A DNA stretch of 64,000 nt from positions 2,080,001 to 2,144,000 of the forward strand of contig OY762964.1 in assembly GCA_963667035.1 (NCBI GenBank), given 5' to 3'. The position numbers were made by a program, and so were the translations under genes. This document shows, piece by piece, positions 9,998 to 20,982 of this stretch. Position 1 is the stretch's first letter, and every line of letters starts with the position of its first letter. The notes under the pieces are model-generated. The model worked only from the letters and a program-made list of their open reading frames with translations, searched no databases and had not been told where the DNA came from. The stretch is from Candidatus Cloacimonadales bacterium (GTDB lineage: Bacteria; Cloacimonadota; Cloacimonadia; Cloacimonadales; JAFGVF01).

Positions 9998-12070
9998 ATG
10001 AGAATTTGTTTGTTATTGTTATTTACTATGGGGATAGCTCTGCTATCAAGTTTACAAATCAATGGGGATATAAATCAATCAATAGTTTGGTCTGAAGATG
10101 TTTATATAAATAGTGATGTAGTTGTCACAGGGACTTCAGTTCTGACTGTTAATCCGGGTATAAATGTTGTTTTTACAGGAAATTATGCCCTGGAGTTTAA
10201 CGATGAAGCAAGAATAATTGCCGGAGGTGAGGGGAATTCGGTCAGGTTCACGGCAGATTGGGATAACGATAGTACATTCGGAGAGACCGGAGTAAATAGT
10301 GAACGTTGGCATGGAATAAAATTCATGAACATGGACAGTCAAGCCGATTCCTCTTACTTCACCAATTGTATCTTTGAATATGGATATAAGGACGGAAGCG
10401 GAAGCGAGTCGGATGAACTAAATGGTGGAGCTGTCTATATAGACCATTTTTATAAAACCGAGTTCAATAATTGCAGTTTTAGAAACAATTCTGTTCACGG
10501 AGTCAGCTCTGCAATGGGGGGAGCTGTATACTTAAACTGGGGAGGTTCCATTTTTAGGAACTGCTCCTTCTATGATAATTCTTCTACTGTGGATTTTAGT
10601 TTCCGCTCTGATGGAGGAGCTATTTACGGAGTAAGACACGATATAGAACTATATAATTGTCATTTCTCAGGTAATACCGTTGATGACAGAGGAGGAGCTC
10701 TCACATTCATAGAGGGTTCATTTGCTTTACTATATAATGTTATTATGGATAATAATGAAGCTAATAGTGGTGGAGCATTGTTTGCGGAAAACACTTCACT
10801 ATACGTATCAAATGCAACAATAGCCGATAATCATGCAAGTAGCGGAGGAGCTTTATATAATAGATTTTGCGATGCATTATACGGTAACTGCATTATATAT
10901 GGTAACACTGTTAGCTTCAGAGGTTCACAGGTTTATAACTATTCAAGCGACCCGGTATTCAATAGTTGCTTGATAGAAGGAGCTGACACAAGTTTCTATA
11001 ATGAAGGTAACTGTAATTACGCTTACGATGCAGATTGCATTAATCTGAATCCACTGTTTGATAATAGCAATCCTAATATGCCATACTATCTAAGTTCCGA
11101 CTCACCGGCAATCGATAGTGGAGTGGAACAATGGTATTCATCTTTCTATCTATATGACTATCTGCTCAATCCAAGAATTGCTAACGATATAATAGATATG
11201 GGTGCTTATGAAATAGTAGGCAATGTGTTATTACAAGAAACACAGTTACAGTTTGGTGGAGTAAACGTCGATAGTAGTAGAATACTAATTTGCTATCTCT
11301 ATAACAGAGGAATGGATGCAGTTAACATAATCGATTATGAAATTGATAACAATGCTTTTTCTATATCTAATGATGAAGTTGTTCTACCTGCTGAGGATAG
11401 TCTACTTATTCGAGTAACTTTCGCTCCAAATTCAATGGGAGTAAGCAACGGAGGACTTACAATTCGTACAGATGCAGGAGATTTTGTTATAAGATTGAGT
11501 GGAAATGGGCTTGAGAGAATAATAAACTATGAATTTGGAATCATAACATACAACTGTCTTCTAGGTGAATCAAGAGAAATTGAGCTCTTATTGGAAAATA
11601 ATGGTAATCTGGGATTAGAGATTACACAGCTAAACTCAAACAATCCTAATCTTACTATAACAGAACCCTTACCTGTAACAATTGATGCAGATAGCTATGT
11701 AGAAGTTAGTTGCCTTTATACTCCCGATACTCTTGGAAGAGAGGATATAACAATAGCAGTTACTTCTAATGCTCATAACCAGCAAGTCTTAAATGTTGTA
11801 ATAAATGGAGTTGGGGATAAGTTACCTACTCCACAAAATGTACAAATAACAAACAATGAAAGTGTGATTGAACTAAACTGGGATGAAGTAAGTGTTACAG
11901 AGTACGGATATTCAATTGAAGATGTTACATATTTAATTGATATAAGTGCGACCCCTTCATTCGACCAATACGAACGAATAAATTGTAATAATAACTCTCA
12001 CCAATACATCCCCGGGGAAAATGTAAAGCAAGCTTGGTTCAGAGTATTAGCTCGACACATTAGTAATTAA
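9998..12070 (+). CDS. Secreted right-handed beta-helix (GGAI/GGAL, POMP-like repeats) protein with two ASH/choice-of-anchor-D-like Ig domains and a C-terminal FN3-like domain
   Basis: Signal peptide; repeated N.A..GGA motifs; SPAIDSG...IDMGAYE (choice-of-anchor-Q-like); LSGNG; PTPQNVQI..LNWDEV. Confidence 0.8.
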   Translation: MRICLLLLFTMGIALLSSLQINGDINQSIVWSEDVYINSDVVVTGTSVLTVNPGINVVFTGNYALEFNDEARIIAGGEGNSVRFTADWDNDSTFGETGVNSERWHGIKFMNMDSQADSSYFTNCIFEYGYKDGSGSESDELNGGAVYIDHFYKTEFNNCSFRNNSVHGVSSAMGGAVYLNWGGSIFRNCSFYDNSSTVDFSFRSDGGAIYGVRHDIELYNCHFSGNTVDDRGGALTFIEGSFALLYNVIMDNNEANSGGALFAENTSLYVSNATIADNHASSGGALYNRFCDALYGNCIIYGNTVSFRGSQVYNYSSDPVFNSCLIEGADTSFYNEGNCNYAYDADCINLNPLFDNSNPNMPYYLSSDSPAIDSGVEQWYSSFYLYDYLLNPRIANDIIDMGAYEIVGNVLLQETQLQFGGVNVDSSRILICYLYNRGMDAVNIIDYEIDNNAFSISNDEVVLPAEDSLLIRVTFAPNSMGVSNGGLTIRTDAGDFVIRLSGNGLERIINYEFGIITYNCLLGESREIELLLENNGNLGLEITQLNSNNPNLTITEPLPVTIDADSYVEVSCLYTPDTLGREDITIAVTSNAHNQQVLNVVINGVGDKLPTPQNVQITNNESVIELNWDEVSVTEYGYSIEDVTYLIDISATPSFDQYERINCNNNSHQYIPGENVKQAWFRVLARHISN

Positions 12071-12085
12071 TTCTCAAAACAAACT

Positions 12086-12119
12086 AAAAGGGGTAGCTGA
12101 TTAGCTATCCCCTTTTTTT
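12086..12119. terminator. Bidirectional terminator between convergent genes
   Basis: AAAAGGGGTAGCT-GATT-AGCTATCCCCTTTTTTT. Confidence 0.7.
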
Positions 12120-13274
12120 CAATTGTTTCTCTTTTAGTAAGCTGTAATATAGATTTTCAATATCATTTACCAGACGTTCTGAAGAAAACATCTCATAGGC
12201 TTTCTTTGAGGCATTAGCACCAATATGAGAGAAATCATCACTGTTTTCCAACCAATTGGATATTGCACTAACAAATCCTTCTAAATCATCTTGATCAAAG
12301 TAAAAGCCATTAATGCCATTCTCAATAAAATCCGAAATACCACCAACATTGGTTGAAAAAACCACTTTCAGTTTAGACATAGCCTCAATGAGAGCTACAG
12401 GAGTACCTTCGTTAATAGATGTTAGCATAACTGCATCAGTTGCTGAATAGGCTAATCCCATGTCTTTAATCATTCCGGTAAAAATAATTCTATCGTTATT
12501 AGTGATATTTGTAGCTTTCTGCTTTATATCTTCTAGTAAATCTCCATCTCCAACGACCATAAAGTAAACATCATCATTCCTCTCAAGAACTTGTTCTGCA
12601 ATCTGAAGGAAGAATGAATGATTTTTAATGTGAGTAACTCTTCCAACTATCGAAACAACTTTCGCAGAAGCAGGGATATTAAACTTAGATCTAAATTGAT
12701 TCCTTTTAGAATCATTTACAACAATTCTTTCAAAATCAAAACCCAAAGGAATTACAACAATCTTCTCCGCAGGTGCAATAGATAGACTTATCAACTCACT
12801 CTTTTGTAACTCACTAATAGCAATAATCTTTGCTGAAAGTGAAGCTAAGATTCTGTCGATGAACACAAATACTCTTGTTTCAAAAGGTGTAAAATATCCA
12901 TTGTAAATGTTACCGTGGTATGTGTGTACTATTACAGGTACACGGCAAAGCCATGCAACAATTCTTGCAATACCACTTTTTGAAAGATGAGTATGCACTA
13001 TATCCGGCTTTTCTTTCCTGATAATCTTTATCATTTCAATTAAAGCAAAGATATCTCTAAAAAATGAAATCTCTCTACTAAGAGTTTTAATACATCTTGG
13101 AGTAATACCATATTCTGTGGCAACATAAGACATATCGGTCTCATGAGGTTCGATAACACCACATACTAGTTTAGATTTGAAATTAGTTTTATCTAATTTT
13201 GATGATAGAATCGACACATGTATTGTTGGTCCTCCAACACAGAGTCTTGTTATACTTCTTAATACTTTATACAT
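12105..13274 (-). CDS. Glycosyltransferase family 4
   Basis: DIVHTH, TSINEGTPVALIEAM (EX7E), TNVGG. Confidence 0.93.
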   Translation of the reverse strand: MYKVLRSITRLCVGGPTIHVSILSSKLDKTNFKSKLVCGVIEPHETDMSYVATEYGITPRCIKTLSREISFFRDIFALIEMIKIIRKEKPDIVHTHLSKSGIARIVAWLCRVPVIVHTYHGNIYNGYFTPFETRVFVFIDRILASLSAKIIAISELQKSELISLSIAPAEKIVVIPLGFDFERIVVNDSKRNQFRSKFNIPASAKVVSIVGRVTHIKNHSFFLQIAEQVLERNDDVYFMVVGDGDLLEDIKQKATNITNNDRIIFTGMIKDMGLAYSATDAVMLTSINEGTPVALIEAMSKLKVVFSTNVGGISDFIENGINGFYFDQDDLEGFVSAISNWLENSDDFSHIGANASKKAYEMFSSERLVNDIENLYYSLLKEKQLKKRG

Positions 13275-14329
13275 TTGTTCTCCACAAGATTAATGAAAGC
13301 ACTTGCAACTTCTTGTACTTCGATTGAGTTTATACATTTAAAGTTATAGGGACACCCTTTTTGATTACAAGGTGAACAAGGTTCTTTATGAAAAAGAGCT
13401 ATACTATTCATTCCTAAAGGACCGGAAATAGATGGTAAATTTGGTCCCATAAGAGCTATGGTTTTTATGCCACTCATCCATGCAATATGCATTGGTCCAC
13501 TATCATTCCCAATAAAAATCAATGAACTTGAGATAAGCTTTTGAGTTTCTTTAAGATTCATACGACCCGCAAGGTCTTCTATATCATAGTTACTCTTTTC
13601 TTGAATCAACTTGTTTAAAACCTTATCTTGTGGTCCTCCGATTAGCTTAATATCTGATGATTGAATATTATATTTCTCAATCAATAAATTAATCAGACTA
13701 GCAAATCTTTCTGTTGGCCATCTTCTTCCTTCAAAATCTGCTCCTGCATGAATGATCACATTTTTCCCTGACGAGGAATAAAATGAGTTAATATCATTCA
13801 AGCTAACTCCAAGTGATTCTAATATTATATCACTTCTGTTCGCAAGATGCAAATCTCTCATCTCAATCATTTGTGATTCAACTTTATATCCAACAGCTTG
13901 AAACTTGAACGATGATATATATCGGGAAGTAAAGGATACAATATAACCGAGAACTCTTCGAGAGCTAAGAAGTGCTACGATACTATGTCTTAAAGCCCAG
14001 CCAGGAATAATGATTAAATCATATTTTCGTCGGCGAATCATCTTTATAGTTTTGTAATAGCTTTGATGTGGTATTACTTCCTCTAGCTCAACAAACTCGT
14101 TAATCAAATCTGTGTATGAAGAGGGAAAGCAACCAGAAACTTTAAAATTACTACTTTCTTTTAAGGATTTTATGAAAGGAACTAAGCAGATTACATCACC
14201 TATCCCCATTAAGTCAATCACCAAAACAGATTTAATCTCTTTAACAGATTTCGATGGTGTAAGTGTCTTTCTAAGCCAGTAAAGTACTGTAAAAAAAGAC
14301 ATTAATATGTGTTTAATTAGATTTCTCAT
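13259..14329 (-). CDS. Glycosyltransferase family 9 (heptosyltransferase-like)
   Basis: GIGDVI, RRWP..RF, IGNDSGPMHIA, CSPC..CP..KC. Confidence 0.92.
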   Translation of the reverse strand: MRNLIKHILMSFFTVLYWLRKTLTPSKSVKEIKSVLVIDLMGIGDVICLVPFIKSLKESSNFKVSGCFPSSYTDLINEFVELEEVIPHQSYYKTIKMIRRRKYDLIIIPGWALRHSIVALLSSRRVLGYIVSFTSRYISSFKFQAVGYKVESQMIEMRDLHLANRSDIILESLGVSLNDINSFYSSSGKNVIIHAGADFEGRRWPTERFASLINLLIEKYNIQSSDIKLIGGPQDKVLNKLIQEKSNYDIEDLAGRMNLKETQKLISSSLIFIGNDSGPMHIAWMSGIKTIALMGPNLPSISGPLGMNSIALFHKEPCSPCNQKGCPYNFKCINSIEVQEVASAFINLVENKCIKY

Positions 14330-15590
14330 TATGTTTGCTTAGCACTTCTATTAGCTGCTGAGTTTGAGATTCTCTTGAAAACTTATGTATGCTTTCATCA
14401 TCTCTGATAATATTGTAGTTCATTATTCTATTTACTGCTTCAAGTAGCATTGCTTCATTATTCGGTTGTGTAGCGACTCCAAGCTTATAATCATTAATAA
14501 GCTTCTCCAGTACTCCATCTTTAGGACATATTGCTAAAATCGGTTTGTTAAGTCTTATATATTCAAATACCTTTCCGGTAATAACTCCTTTAGATTTAAT
14601 ATCATCATTCACTATTAAAACTAATATATCAGCACCAGCTCCCATCTCTAAAGCTTGCTTATGAGATTTATATCCAAGATACTTAAAAAAAGAAAACTTA
14701 CTATTTACATCATTCAATATAGATTTTGGTATAGTACCAATACTTATAAACTGAAAGTCCATAGAGTTCTCTACTTTATGTAACGTCTCCAGAATTGGAA
14801 GTGGAGAGCGTTTATAATCATAAATCTTCCCCATATAAAAAAACGTGAATTTATCGAATTTCATCGGAACAATGTCATTAAAATCATCCTCGTCAAATCC
14901 GTTAAGAATCACTGTACTCTTGGATTTTAACTCGGGTATTATCTCAAAGTATTCCTCAAGTATTTGTTCAGTAGCAACAGTAAAATAATCACATTTCTTA
15001 AGAACCATGTTATCTAGTTTTTGTATTTTTCTGAGTCGAGTTCTGTTAACATTCTCAGAGAGCTTAGGTTCAAACTGCCATGAATCACGATAATCAGCTA
15101 CATAAAAAATTCTCGAGCCAAACTTCTTCTTAAGTTTCAACCCTATAAGTTGTGCAGAGAAAGGATAAGATGTGATAAATACTTTTTCGATACGCTCTTT
15201 TTTAATGACTTTACTTGCTTTATATATTGCAAAAGGAACCCATCCTATCTGTTTATCGTATGGGAAGATAAAATCGTTTACGAGTTTGATTATATTCCAG
15301 ATTATGGATTTTATTAATGAAGGTTCTTGATACTTAACAGAATCCTTGGTTTTAGCTATTGCGTCTCTTGCTTTACCTTTGATTCCCAAACTAGGTGTGT
15401 AATGAACAATAACAGACTTTGGTATATCATTACATAAAGTATAATCCAAAATGCTCTTAACAGGTTTTTTAGGAGTAATGACATGAACTTCATGACCTGC
15501 TTTTGAAAGGTATTTAACAAATTTTAATGCTCTTTGAACGCCACTTTCACCTGTAGGAGGAAACTCGTTTATAATCATTAAAACTTTCAT
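14313..15590 (-). CDS. Glycosyltransferase (GT4-like)
   Basis: FPP..SGVQR..KFVKYL, DYRDSW, NGFDEDDF, TGKVFEY. Confidence 0.88.
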   Translation of the reverse strand: MKVLMIINEFPPTGESGVQRALKFVKYLSKAGHEVHVITPKKPVKSILDYTLCNDIPKSVIVHYTPSLGIKGKARDAIAKTKDSVKYQEPSLIKSIIWNIIKLVNDFIFPYDKQIGWVPFAIYKASKVIKKERIEKVFITSYPFSAQLIGLKLKKKFGSRIFYVADYRDSWQFEPKLSENVNRTRLRKIQKLDNMVLKKCDYFTVATEQILEEYFEIIPELKSKSTVILNGFDEDDFNDIVPMKFDKFTFFYMGKIYDYKRSPLPILETLHKVENSMDFQFISIGTIPKSILNDVNSKFSFFKYLGYKSHKQALEMGAGADILVLIVNDDIKSKGVITGKVFEYIRLNKPILAICPKDGVLEKLINDYKLGVATQPNNEAMLLEAVNRIMNYNIIRDDESIHKFSRESQTQQLIEVLSKHNEKSN

Positions 15591-16813
15591 TTTAAACCTT
15601 CTACACGGTTTAATGGTCCTTTGCTTTTATACATCATTACTGTTGCTTTGTAGTGATTATACAACTCTGTATTCTTTCCTAGGAATCGTTCTTCTACTGA
15701 TTTTGCAGCATTTTTACTTAACTGAGCCTTCATATCCGGTTCATTTATCAGCATTTCAAGAGCTTCTTTAATATCATGAGGTGAACTTTTATCAACTAGC
15801 AATCCGGTATCTCGATCTTTAATTATATCCAAAGGACCCCAAGTTCTGGTTGCTATAACTGGTAAACCACAAGCCATAGCTTCTACTAATGCTAATCCAA
15901 ATGGCTCATACAAAGATGGGAAAACCATAACATCAGAGATTTTGTATAGATCAACAAGCTTACGCTGGTGGATATGATTAATGATTGTAAGTTTCTTATC
16001 AATACCCAATTCTTCTGCTTGCAAGATTAACTCATTTTTTAAAGGACCTCCTCCTACAAGAATAAGTTTAATATTGGGTGAATTTAACATAGCAATAGCT
16101 TTTATAATATCAGAATGGGCTTTTCTTTTTATAAAAAAGCCTACAGATAAGACAACGAAATCTTCATCTCTAAGATTAAAATCATGTCTTGAAAGCTTCG
16201 GTTCATTAGTATTGAAAATATTCCCATTATAACTGTTTTGGATAGTTATGCAATTTGCTTGTGGCTGAATCTTTCTTACAAATTCGGTAAAAGGTTTTGA
16301 TACTCCAATAACCGATGAGGCATTTAAAAGTGCTTTTTTATGCAATCTCAAAACTGATGTTTTCTGCATTCTAGCCCCCCCCATCTCAATAGAGTTAGGG
16401 TAGCATTTATACGAATCAGCTCCATGACTAGTTATGATGTAAGGGATACCCCATGCTTTTGATAGAAGCATGGCTGCATGACCTGATGGATACCCATTCT
16501 GTGCATGAATGACATCAAACTTAAGGGAATGATACTTCTTTTTTAACAAAAAATAGATCAATCTGGAACTGACTGATTGCATAATATGCTTTGGAAGAGA
16601 TGGATACACCGTTAATGAATAGAATTTATCTTCCAAACTATACTCAGAAAATTTATTCCTTACTTTCTCTGGATTATGTTTCGAATCACGGAAGTATGTC
16701 CAAGAACCTATATGAACATCAAAGTAGATTTCAATATCGTTCTTCTTCTTTAAATCATTAATCTGATTTTGAAGAAAAGATGAATCGTAGTCGTTTAAGA
16801 ATAGTACTCTCAC
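15587..16813 (-). CDS. Glycosyltransferase family 4
   Basis: DVIHAQ..YPSG, HGAD, PSLYEPFGLALVEAMACG. Confidence 0.92.
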   Translation of the reverse strand: MRVLFLNDYDSSFLQNQINDLKKKNDIEIYFDVHIGSWTYFRDSKHNPEKVRNKFSEYSLEDKFYSLTVYPSLPKHIMQSVSSRLIYFLLKKKYHSLKFDVIHAQNGYPSGHAAMLLSKAWGIPYIITSHGADSYKCYPNSIEMGGARMQKTSVLRLHKKALLNASSVIGVSKPFTEFVRKIQPQANCITIQNSYNGNIFNTNEPKLSRHDFNLRDEDFVVLSVGFFIKRKAHSDIIKAIAMLNSPNIKLILVGGGPLKNELILQAEELGIDKKLTIINHIHQRKLVDLYKISDVMVFPSLYEPFGLALVEAMACGLPVIATRTWGPLDIIKDRDTGLLVDKSSPHDIKEALEMLINEPDMKAQLSKNAAKSVEERFLGKNTELYNHYKATVMMYKSKGPLNRVEGLK

Positions 16814-18054
16814 TTGTTTTTCCTGATCAATGAATAGATAAAAGCATTACTTATTACACTACTAAGTATGTAAATTGTTGTTGTTGAATAGGCTGCTCCA
16901 ATGATGCCAATCTTTTGAATCAAGTATGCATCAAGTATAATATTAGTAACGCCACTAATCAAAGCTACTATTAGATTCCATTTAACTTTGTGAAGAGCTG
17001 CTAATGTGTTTCCGGCAGGTATACGAAAAGTACTTGCAAAGAAAAAGCCAATAATCAATACTCTAAAGGCAGGTACAGCTTCCATATATTTCTCGGTAAA
17101 TATGAGTTTAATTAAAAATGGAGCTCCAAAATAAAGAGTTATGACAATCGCTCCATTAACTAGAGCAAGCATCTTAATTAGTTTTAGATACTTAGTTCTT
17201 AAATACTCTTGATTGTTGATATTTTTGCAGAAATAAGGATAAACAAACGTCATTATCGAAATAGGTAGAAAAGTAAGATTAAAAGGTATCATTGAGGCTG
17301 TTTTATAAAGAGCAACAGCATTACCGGAACTAATAATCTGACCAATTAAATGAGTATCAATTAAGTAAAGAAATTGAGAAATAGCGTTGTTTAGTGTTGA
17401 AAGAAGTGAATACTTGATAAACTCTAATTTATTGATTACTATCCTAGTACTCTTTTCTATTCTCTCTTTATCTAGAATGAATGAAGCAATACTTGTTAGC
17501 ATCCATGTTGAAACAAAAGCTATTGCAAGTCCATTGACACCCCAGAAATAAGCAGATACAATTAAAAGAATTAAATGAGTTATTGCTCTAAAGATTGTCA
17601 AAGTTGAGAACAAGCGATTTTGAAGTCTTCCTCTGTAGTAATTGAGATACCCTTCCGAGTATCCGCTAAATATAACTGCAAAAAGAAGTATTTGTAACAA
17701 GCTCTTACTTTCAGGAATTTTTAAAGGAATAGTATAGATAATTATATAACCTATTACTACAATAACGATATTGGAAGCAAATGATAACTTTTTACCATAA
17801 CTCATATATGATAGACAAGTCTCTTTATCGGAATTCAAACTAACAAACTGGAGAATACCCATATGAAAACCTAAATTCTGAAAGAGAAAGAAAAACATGA
17901 GAAAGTTTAGTGAAAATGCCCATACACCATAATCATTAACAGGAAGTATTCTAACTAAAATAAAAGATGTAGCAAGCATGCAAAACTTCTGTAATACATT
18001 TGCTGTAAAAATATGCCCTAATCCATTCTTAAGTAAATATCTCAATAGATTCAT
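16810..18054 (-). CDS. wzx: Wzx-type oligosaccharide flippase
   Basis: About 12 hydrophobic segments; LVRILP..DYG; NIILDAYLI..GIIGAA; glycosyltransferase context. Confidence 0.85.
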   Translation of the reverse strand: MNLLRYLLKNGLGHIFTANVLQKFCMLATSFILVRILPVNDYGVWAFSLNFLMFFFLFQNLGFHMGILQFVSLNSDKETCLSYMSYGKKLSFASNIVIVVIGYIIIYTIPLKIPESKSLLQILLFAVIFSGYSEGYLNYYRGRLQNRLFSTLTIFRAITHLILLIVSAYFWGVNGLAIAFVSTWMLTSIASFILDKERIEKSTRIVINKLEFIKYSLLSTLNNAISQFLYLIDTHLIGQIISSGNAVALYKTASMIPFNLTFLPISIMTFVYPYFCKNINNQEYLRTKYLKLIKMLALVNGAIVITLYFGAPFLIKLIFTEKYMEAVPAFRVLIIGFFFASTFRIPAGNTLAALHKVKWNLIVALISGVTNIILDAYLIQKIGIIGAAYSTTTIYILSSVISNAFIYSLIRKNK

Positions 18055-19682
18055 AGCTTTGAATAAAAACTCAGTGCTTTAAGTAATGATACGACTCTTA
18101 ATCTATCACTAATATTTTCGCTTGAGAAGAGCATGTGTAAATCATCTTGCAATTGTCTATCCTGAACCAGTGTTTCATGTTCCGAATATGAATCATTAAG
18201 AAACAATCTGAAATCACTATTTTTTTTATACCAGTATTCAAATGGATTCATTGATGCGGTTTTTCCTGTCAATCTTCTTTGAATTGCCCATTTTATTCTT
18301 ATTGATTTCTTTTTTAAATGTGAATCAGAGAGTCTGCAACCATATTTCTCCACAATGGTCTTATCTGCTTCAGGTAATTTCTTTAAAATATAGTTTTCCA
18401 GTAGCATTCTTTTATATCTCAATTCAGGACTTGTATGAAATGCTAGAGTAAGAAAATCCTCATTAAGAAATATTGAGCTAACTTCCAGGATGGGATTTCC
18501 AATTAAAAAGGCATTTATCATCCCATTTACAGCCCTATTGTAAAATACAAATAACTCATCGTTAGGATACTTAGAATATTCGTTTAAGTAATCATCTTTA
18601 AAGCGAGAAATCAATACTCTATCTTTGTTAAACAAATCAATAGCTTTATTAGTATGACTTGGTCCTTGTAAATAACCACCAAAGCCTCCTTCACCAAGTC
18701 CGCCTGTATGCATAACAAAAAAGTTACTTGAATTAATATTATTGAGAACAAAAGGTAATCCGGTAGTCCCGTAATAATTAACTAGACCGAAATTAGATTG
18801 AATTGGTTTTTCCCAATCAGTTATAGATTTACAGTTATCAAGAGGATAAAATAGGATGTTATCATTATTAATCTCAGCAAGCTCAAGACTAATTCTGGCA
18901 TCAAGAGAGTCTTTCGCAGCATAGGTAAAGTGTACACAGTTTTCCGTATTATTTCTCTTTAAAAGATAGTATACTACCCTTGAGTCAAGCCCGCCACTAA
19001 GAGTAACTAAATGTTTTCTTTGTTTATAGTTATTCAGGTCAATATCTCTTTGTATAGCTTTTGAAAGGATATCGTCTATGGAGTTAAGTGAATAGTCCAA
19101 GTCGTCTATTTTAGATTCATTACTATACATATGATATCTTTTCTCAATTAATCCGTGTGTAGATATATTCAGAATTGTTCCGGGCTTAACTTTACTAATA
19201 TCTTCGTGTATTGTATTATTACCTAACATATAACCGAAAGTTAGCAATTGATAACAACCGGACAAAGAAATAGTATAAGATAATCCACATTCTTTAATCT
19301 TTTTAAGAATATGTATGTAGTTATTTGAGACGATTACTATATCATTGGATTCGAATAAAAATAGTGGTTTAGTATTAGCTCTATCGGTAACAATCTTAGT
19401 TATACTTCTTCTTTTATCAATCAAAATTAATGAATATCTACCTTCAAGTTTATCTTGGAAGTCTATATCTGATTTCATATATAAATCAATTATTAATTCT
19501 GCTGTGAGTGGGGTATCTATGGATGAAGCTAAATTCTTTCCGTAAACAACGCCCCAGACCAGTAGTTGATATTCAGGACTATTAAATACTATGTAATTTT
19601 GTATTGAATTCTCTCGTAATACACGAACATTATGATTATCATTATACGATTTTCTTTTGTAGATGTATTCAAAAATAAACAT
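18051..19682 (-). CDS. Asparagine-synthase-related amidotransferase (polysaccharide modification)
   Basis: LEGRYS...TDR..TKPLF GATase-like N-domain; LSGGLDSR PP-loop; TGGLGE. Confidence 0.8.
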   Translation of the reverse strand: MFIFEYIYKRKSYNDNHNVRVLRENSIQNYIVFNSPEYQLLVWGVVYGKNLASSIDTPLTAELIIDLYMKSDIDFQDKLEGRYSLILIDKRRSITKIVTDRANTKPLFLFESNDIVIVSNNYIHILKKIKECGLSYTISLSGCYQLLTFGYMLGNNTIHEDISKVKPGTILNISTHGLIEKRYHMYSNESKIDDLDYSLNSIDDILSKAIQRDIDLNNYKQRKHLVTLSGGLDSRVVYYLLKRNNTENCVHFTYAAKDSLDARISLELAEINNDNILFYPLDNCKSITDWEKPIQSNFGLVNYYGTTGLPFVLNNINSSNFFVMHTGGLGEGGFGGYLQGPSHTNKAIDLFNKDRVLISRFKDDYLNEYSKYPNDELFVFYNRAVNGMINAFLIGNPILEVSSIFLNEDFLTLAFHTSPELRYKRMLLENYILKKLPEADKTIVEKYGCRLSDSHLKKKSIRIKWAIQRRLTGKTASMNPFEYWYKKNSDFRLFLNDSYSEHETLVQDRQLQDDLHMLFSSENISDRLRVVSLLKALSFYSKL

Positions 19683-19689
19683 ATCTCAA

Positions 19690-20982
19690 TCAATTAACAT
19701 CTTCAAAACAAATCTTTTGCTGAGATATTAGTAAGTTTCTCACATTGAAAGAGAATGCAAAACTTGTTAAATAAGCTATATGTATCCACATAACAAAGAT
19801 ATTAAACATACTTGAAGGCAAATTGCTTACTACAAGAAACACAAATACTGAAATCAGATTGAATTCTGATAGCACTTTTAGTCGTCCCTTTGAATAAATC
19901 ATAATAAGAAACAATCTTATTATCAAAACTGCAATAAATATCAAAAATGGGATAACAACAAACAGACCGAAATTTGCTACCAATTCAAACAAATAACTGT
20001 GGGGATTTTCAATCCAGTCAGTATCTCCAAAGAATCCTTTTTTTGTATGGTAATCAAAGTTACCGGCACCTACGCCTATGAAGTGGCTATCTCTACAAAG
20101 ATTAATAGCTCTTTTAACCATGTTGATTCTTATCTGAGTTGAGCCAATGTTATAAGTCTCTGTTTCCGAGGAAACAGATGTATAAAGCCCCACACAGTAT
20201 TTCTCTGCTAATTCAAACTGCTTAGGATATTTTAAACTAAGGGAGTAAATCAACGCAATTATTATAGCAATAGCTATTGATATTACACGCCAGTTTGAGT
20301 ATTTTATAAAGGTATACGCATAAAGAGGGACTAAAGCGATTAATGCTATTCTTGCTCCCTGAACGATAATGATTATAAAACTTACAAGTAAGGCAATAAG
20401 GAATAGTAACTTAAAAAAATTGTTTTTACTAACAGCATACTTATAGCAGATAATTGGAGTAATAAATGATGTCACCATTGCTTGAATATTCTCACCATAG
20501 AATAAACCGGTTGGATTAGGTAAGATTGAGTCAAAGTGACGAGAAGTCGGGAGATGACTAAATGACGCCATTTCCCAGATACACACTAGATTGTAAATTA
20601 TGAATACTACTACTAAAAGATTTGTATATTTCTTCTGCTCTGAGAAATCTTCATGCAGATTATACATCACAAGATAGAACAAGCTTGCATGCACTAATAT
20701 CATATTAACATGCTTAATTCCGAAATCAAATGATTGAGCCCAAAACAAACTTGCCATTGAGTAAAACACATAAATTATAAAAAATTGGTTTACTGAGAAT
20801 AATTTAAAAGACTTAAGAGATCCTTGAGAGAGCATGAATTGATAAGCAATCAATGCTACATTCAAAAGAATTGAGATTTTTACAAGCTGAATTTTTATTG
20901 GGAAAAAAGTAACTAAAATAAGAACAAAATAAAGTATCACACTTATGTTCTTTAATAGTGCTGATGAATCCTTAATACGCAT
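19690..20982 (-). CDS. O-antigen ligase/polymerase family protein
   Basis: Multi-TM; GARIA, ST.IR, GVGAGNF, NPHSYLFELVANFG (Wzy_C-like). Confidence 0.85.
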   Translation of the reverse strand: MRIKDSSALLKNISVILYFVLILVTFFPIKIQLVKISILLNVALIAYQFMLSQGSLKSFKLFSVNQFFIIYVFYSMASLFWAQSFDFGIKHVNMILVHASLFYLVMYNLHEDFSEQKKYTNLLVVVFIIYNLVCIWEMASFSHLPTSRHFDSILPNPTGLFYGENIQAMVTSFITPIICYKYAVSKNNFFKLLFLIALLVSFIIIIVQGARIALIALVPLYAYTFIKYSNWRVISIAIAIIIALIYSLSLKYPKQFELAEKYCVGLYTSVSSETETYNIGSTQIRINMVKRAINLCRDSHFIGVGAGNFDYHTKKGFFGDTDWIENPHSYLFELVANFGLFVVIPFLIFIAVLIIRLFLIMIYSKGRLKVLSEFNLISVFVFLVVSNLPSSMFNIFVMWIHIAYLTSFAFSFNVRNLLISQQKICFEDVN

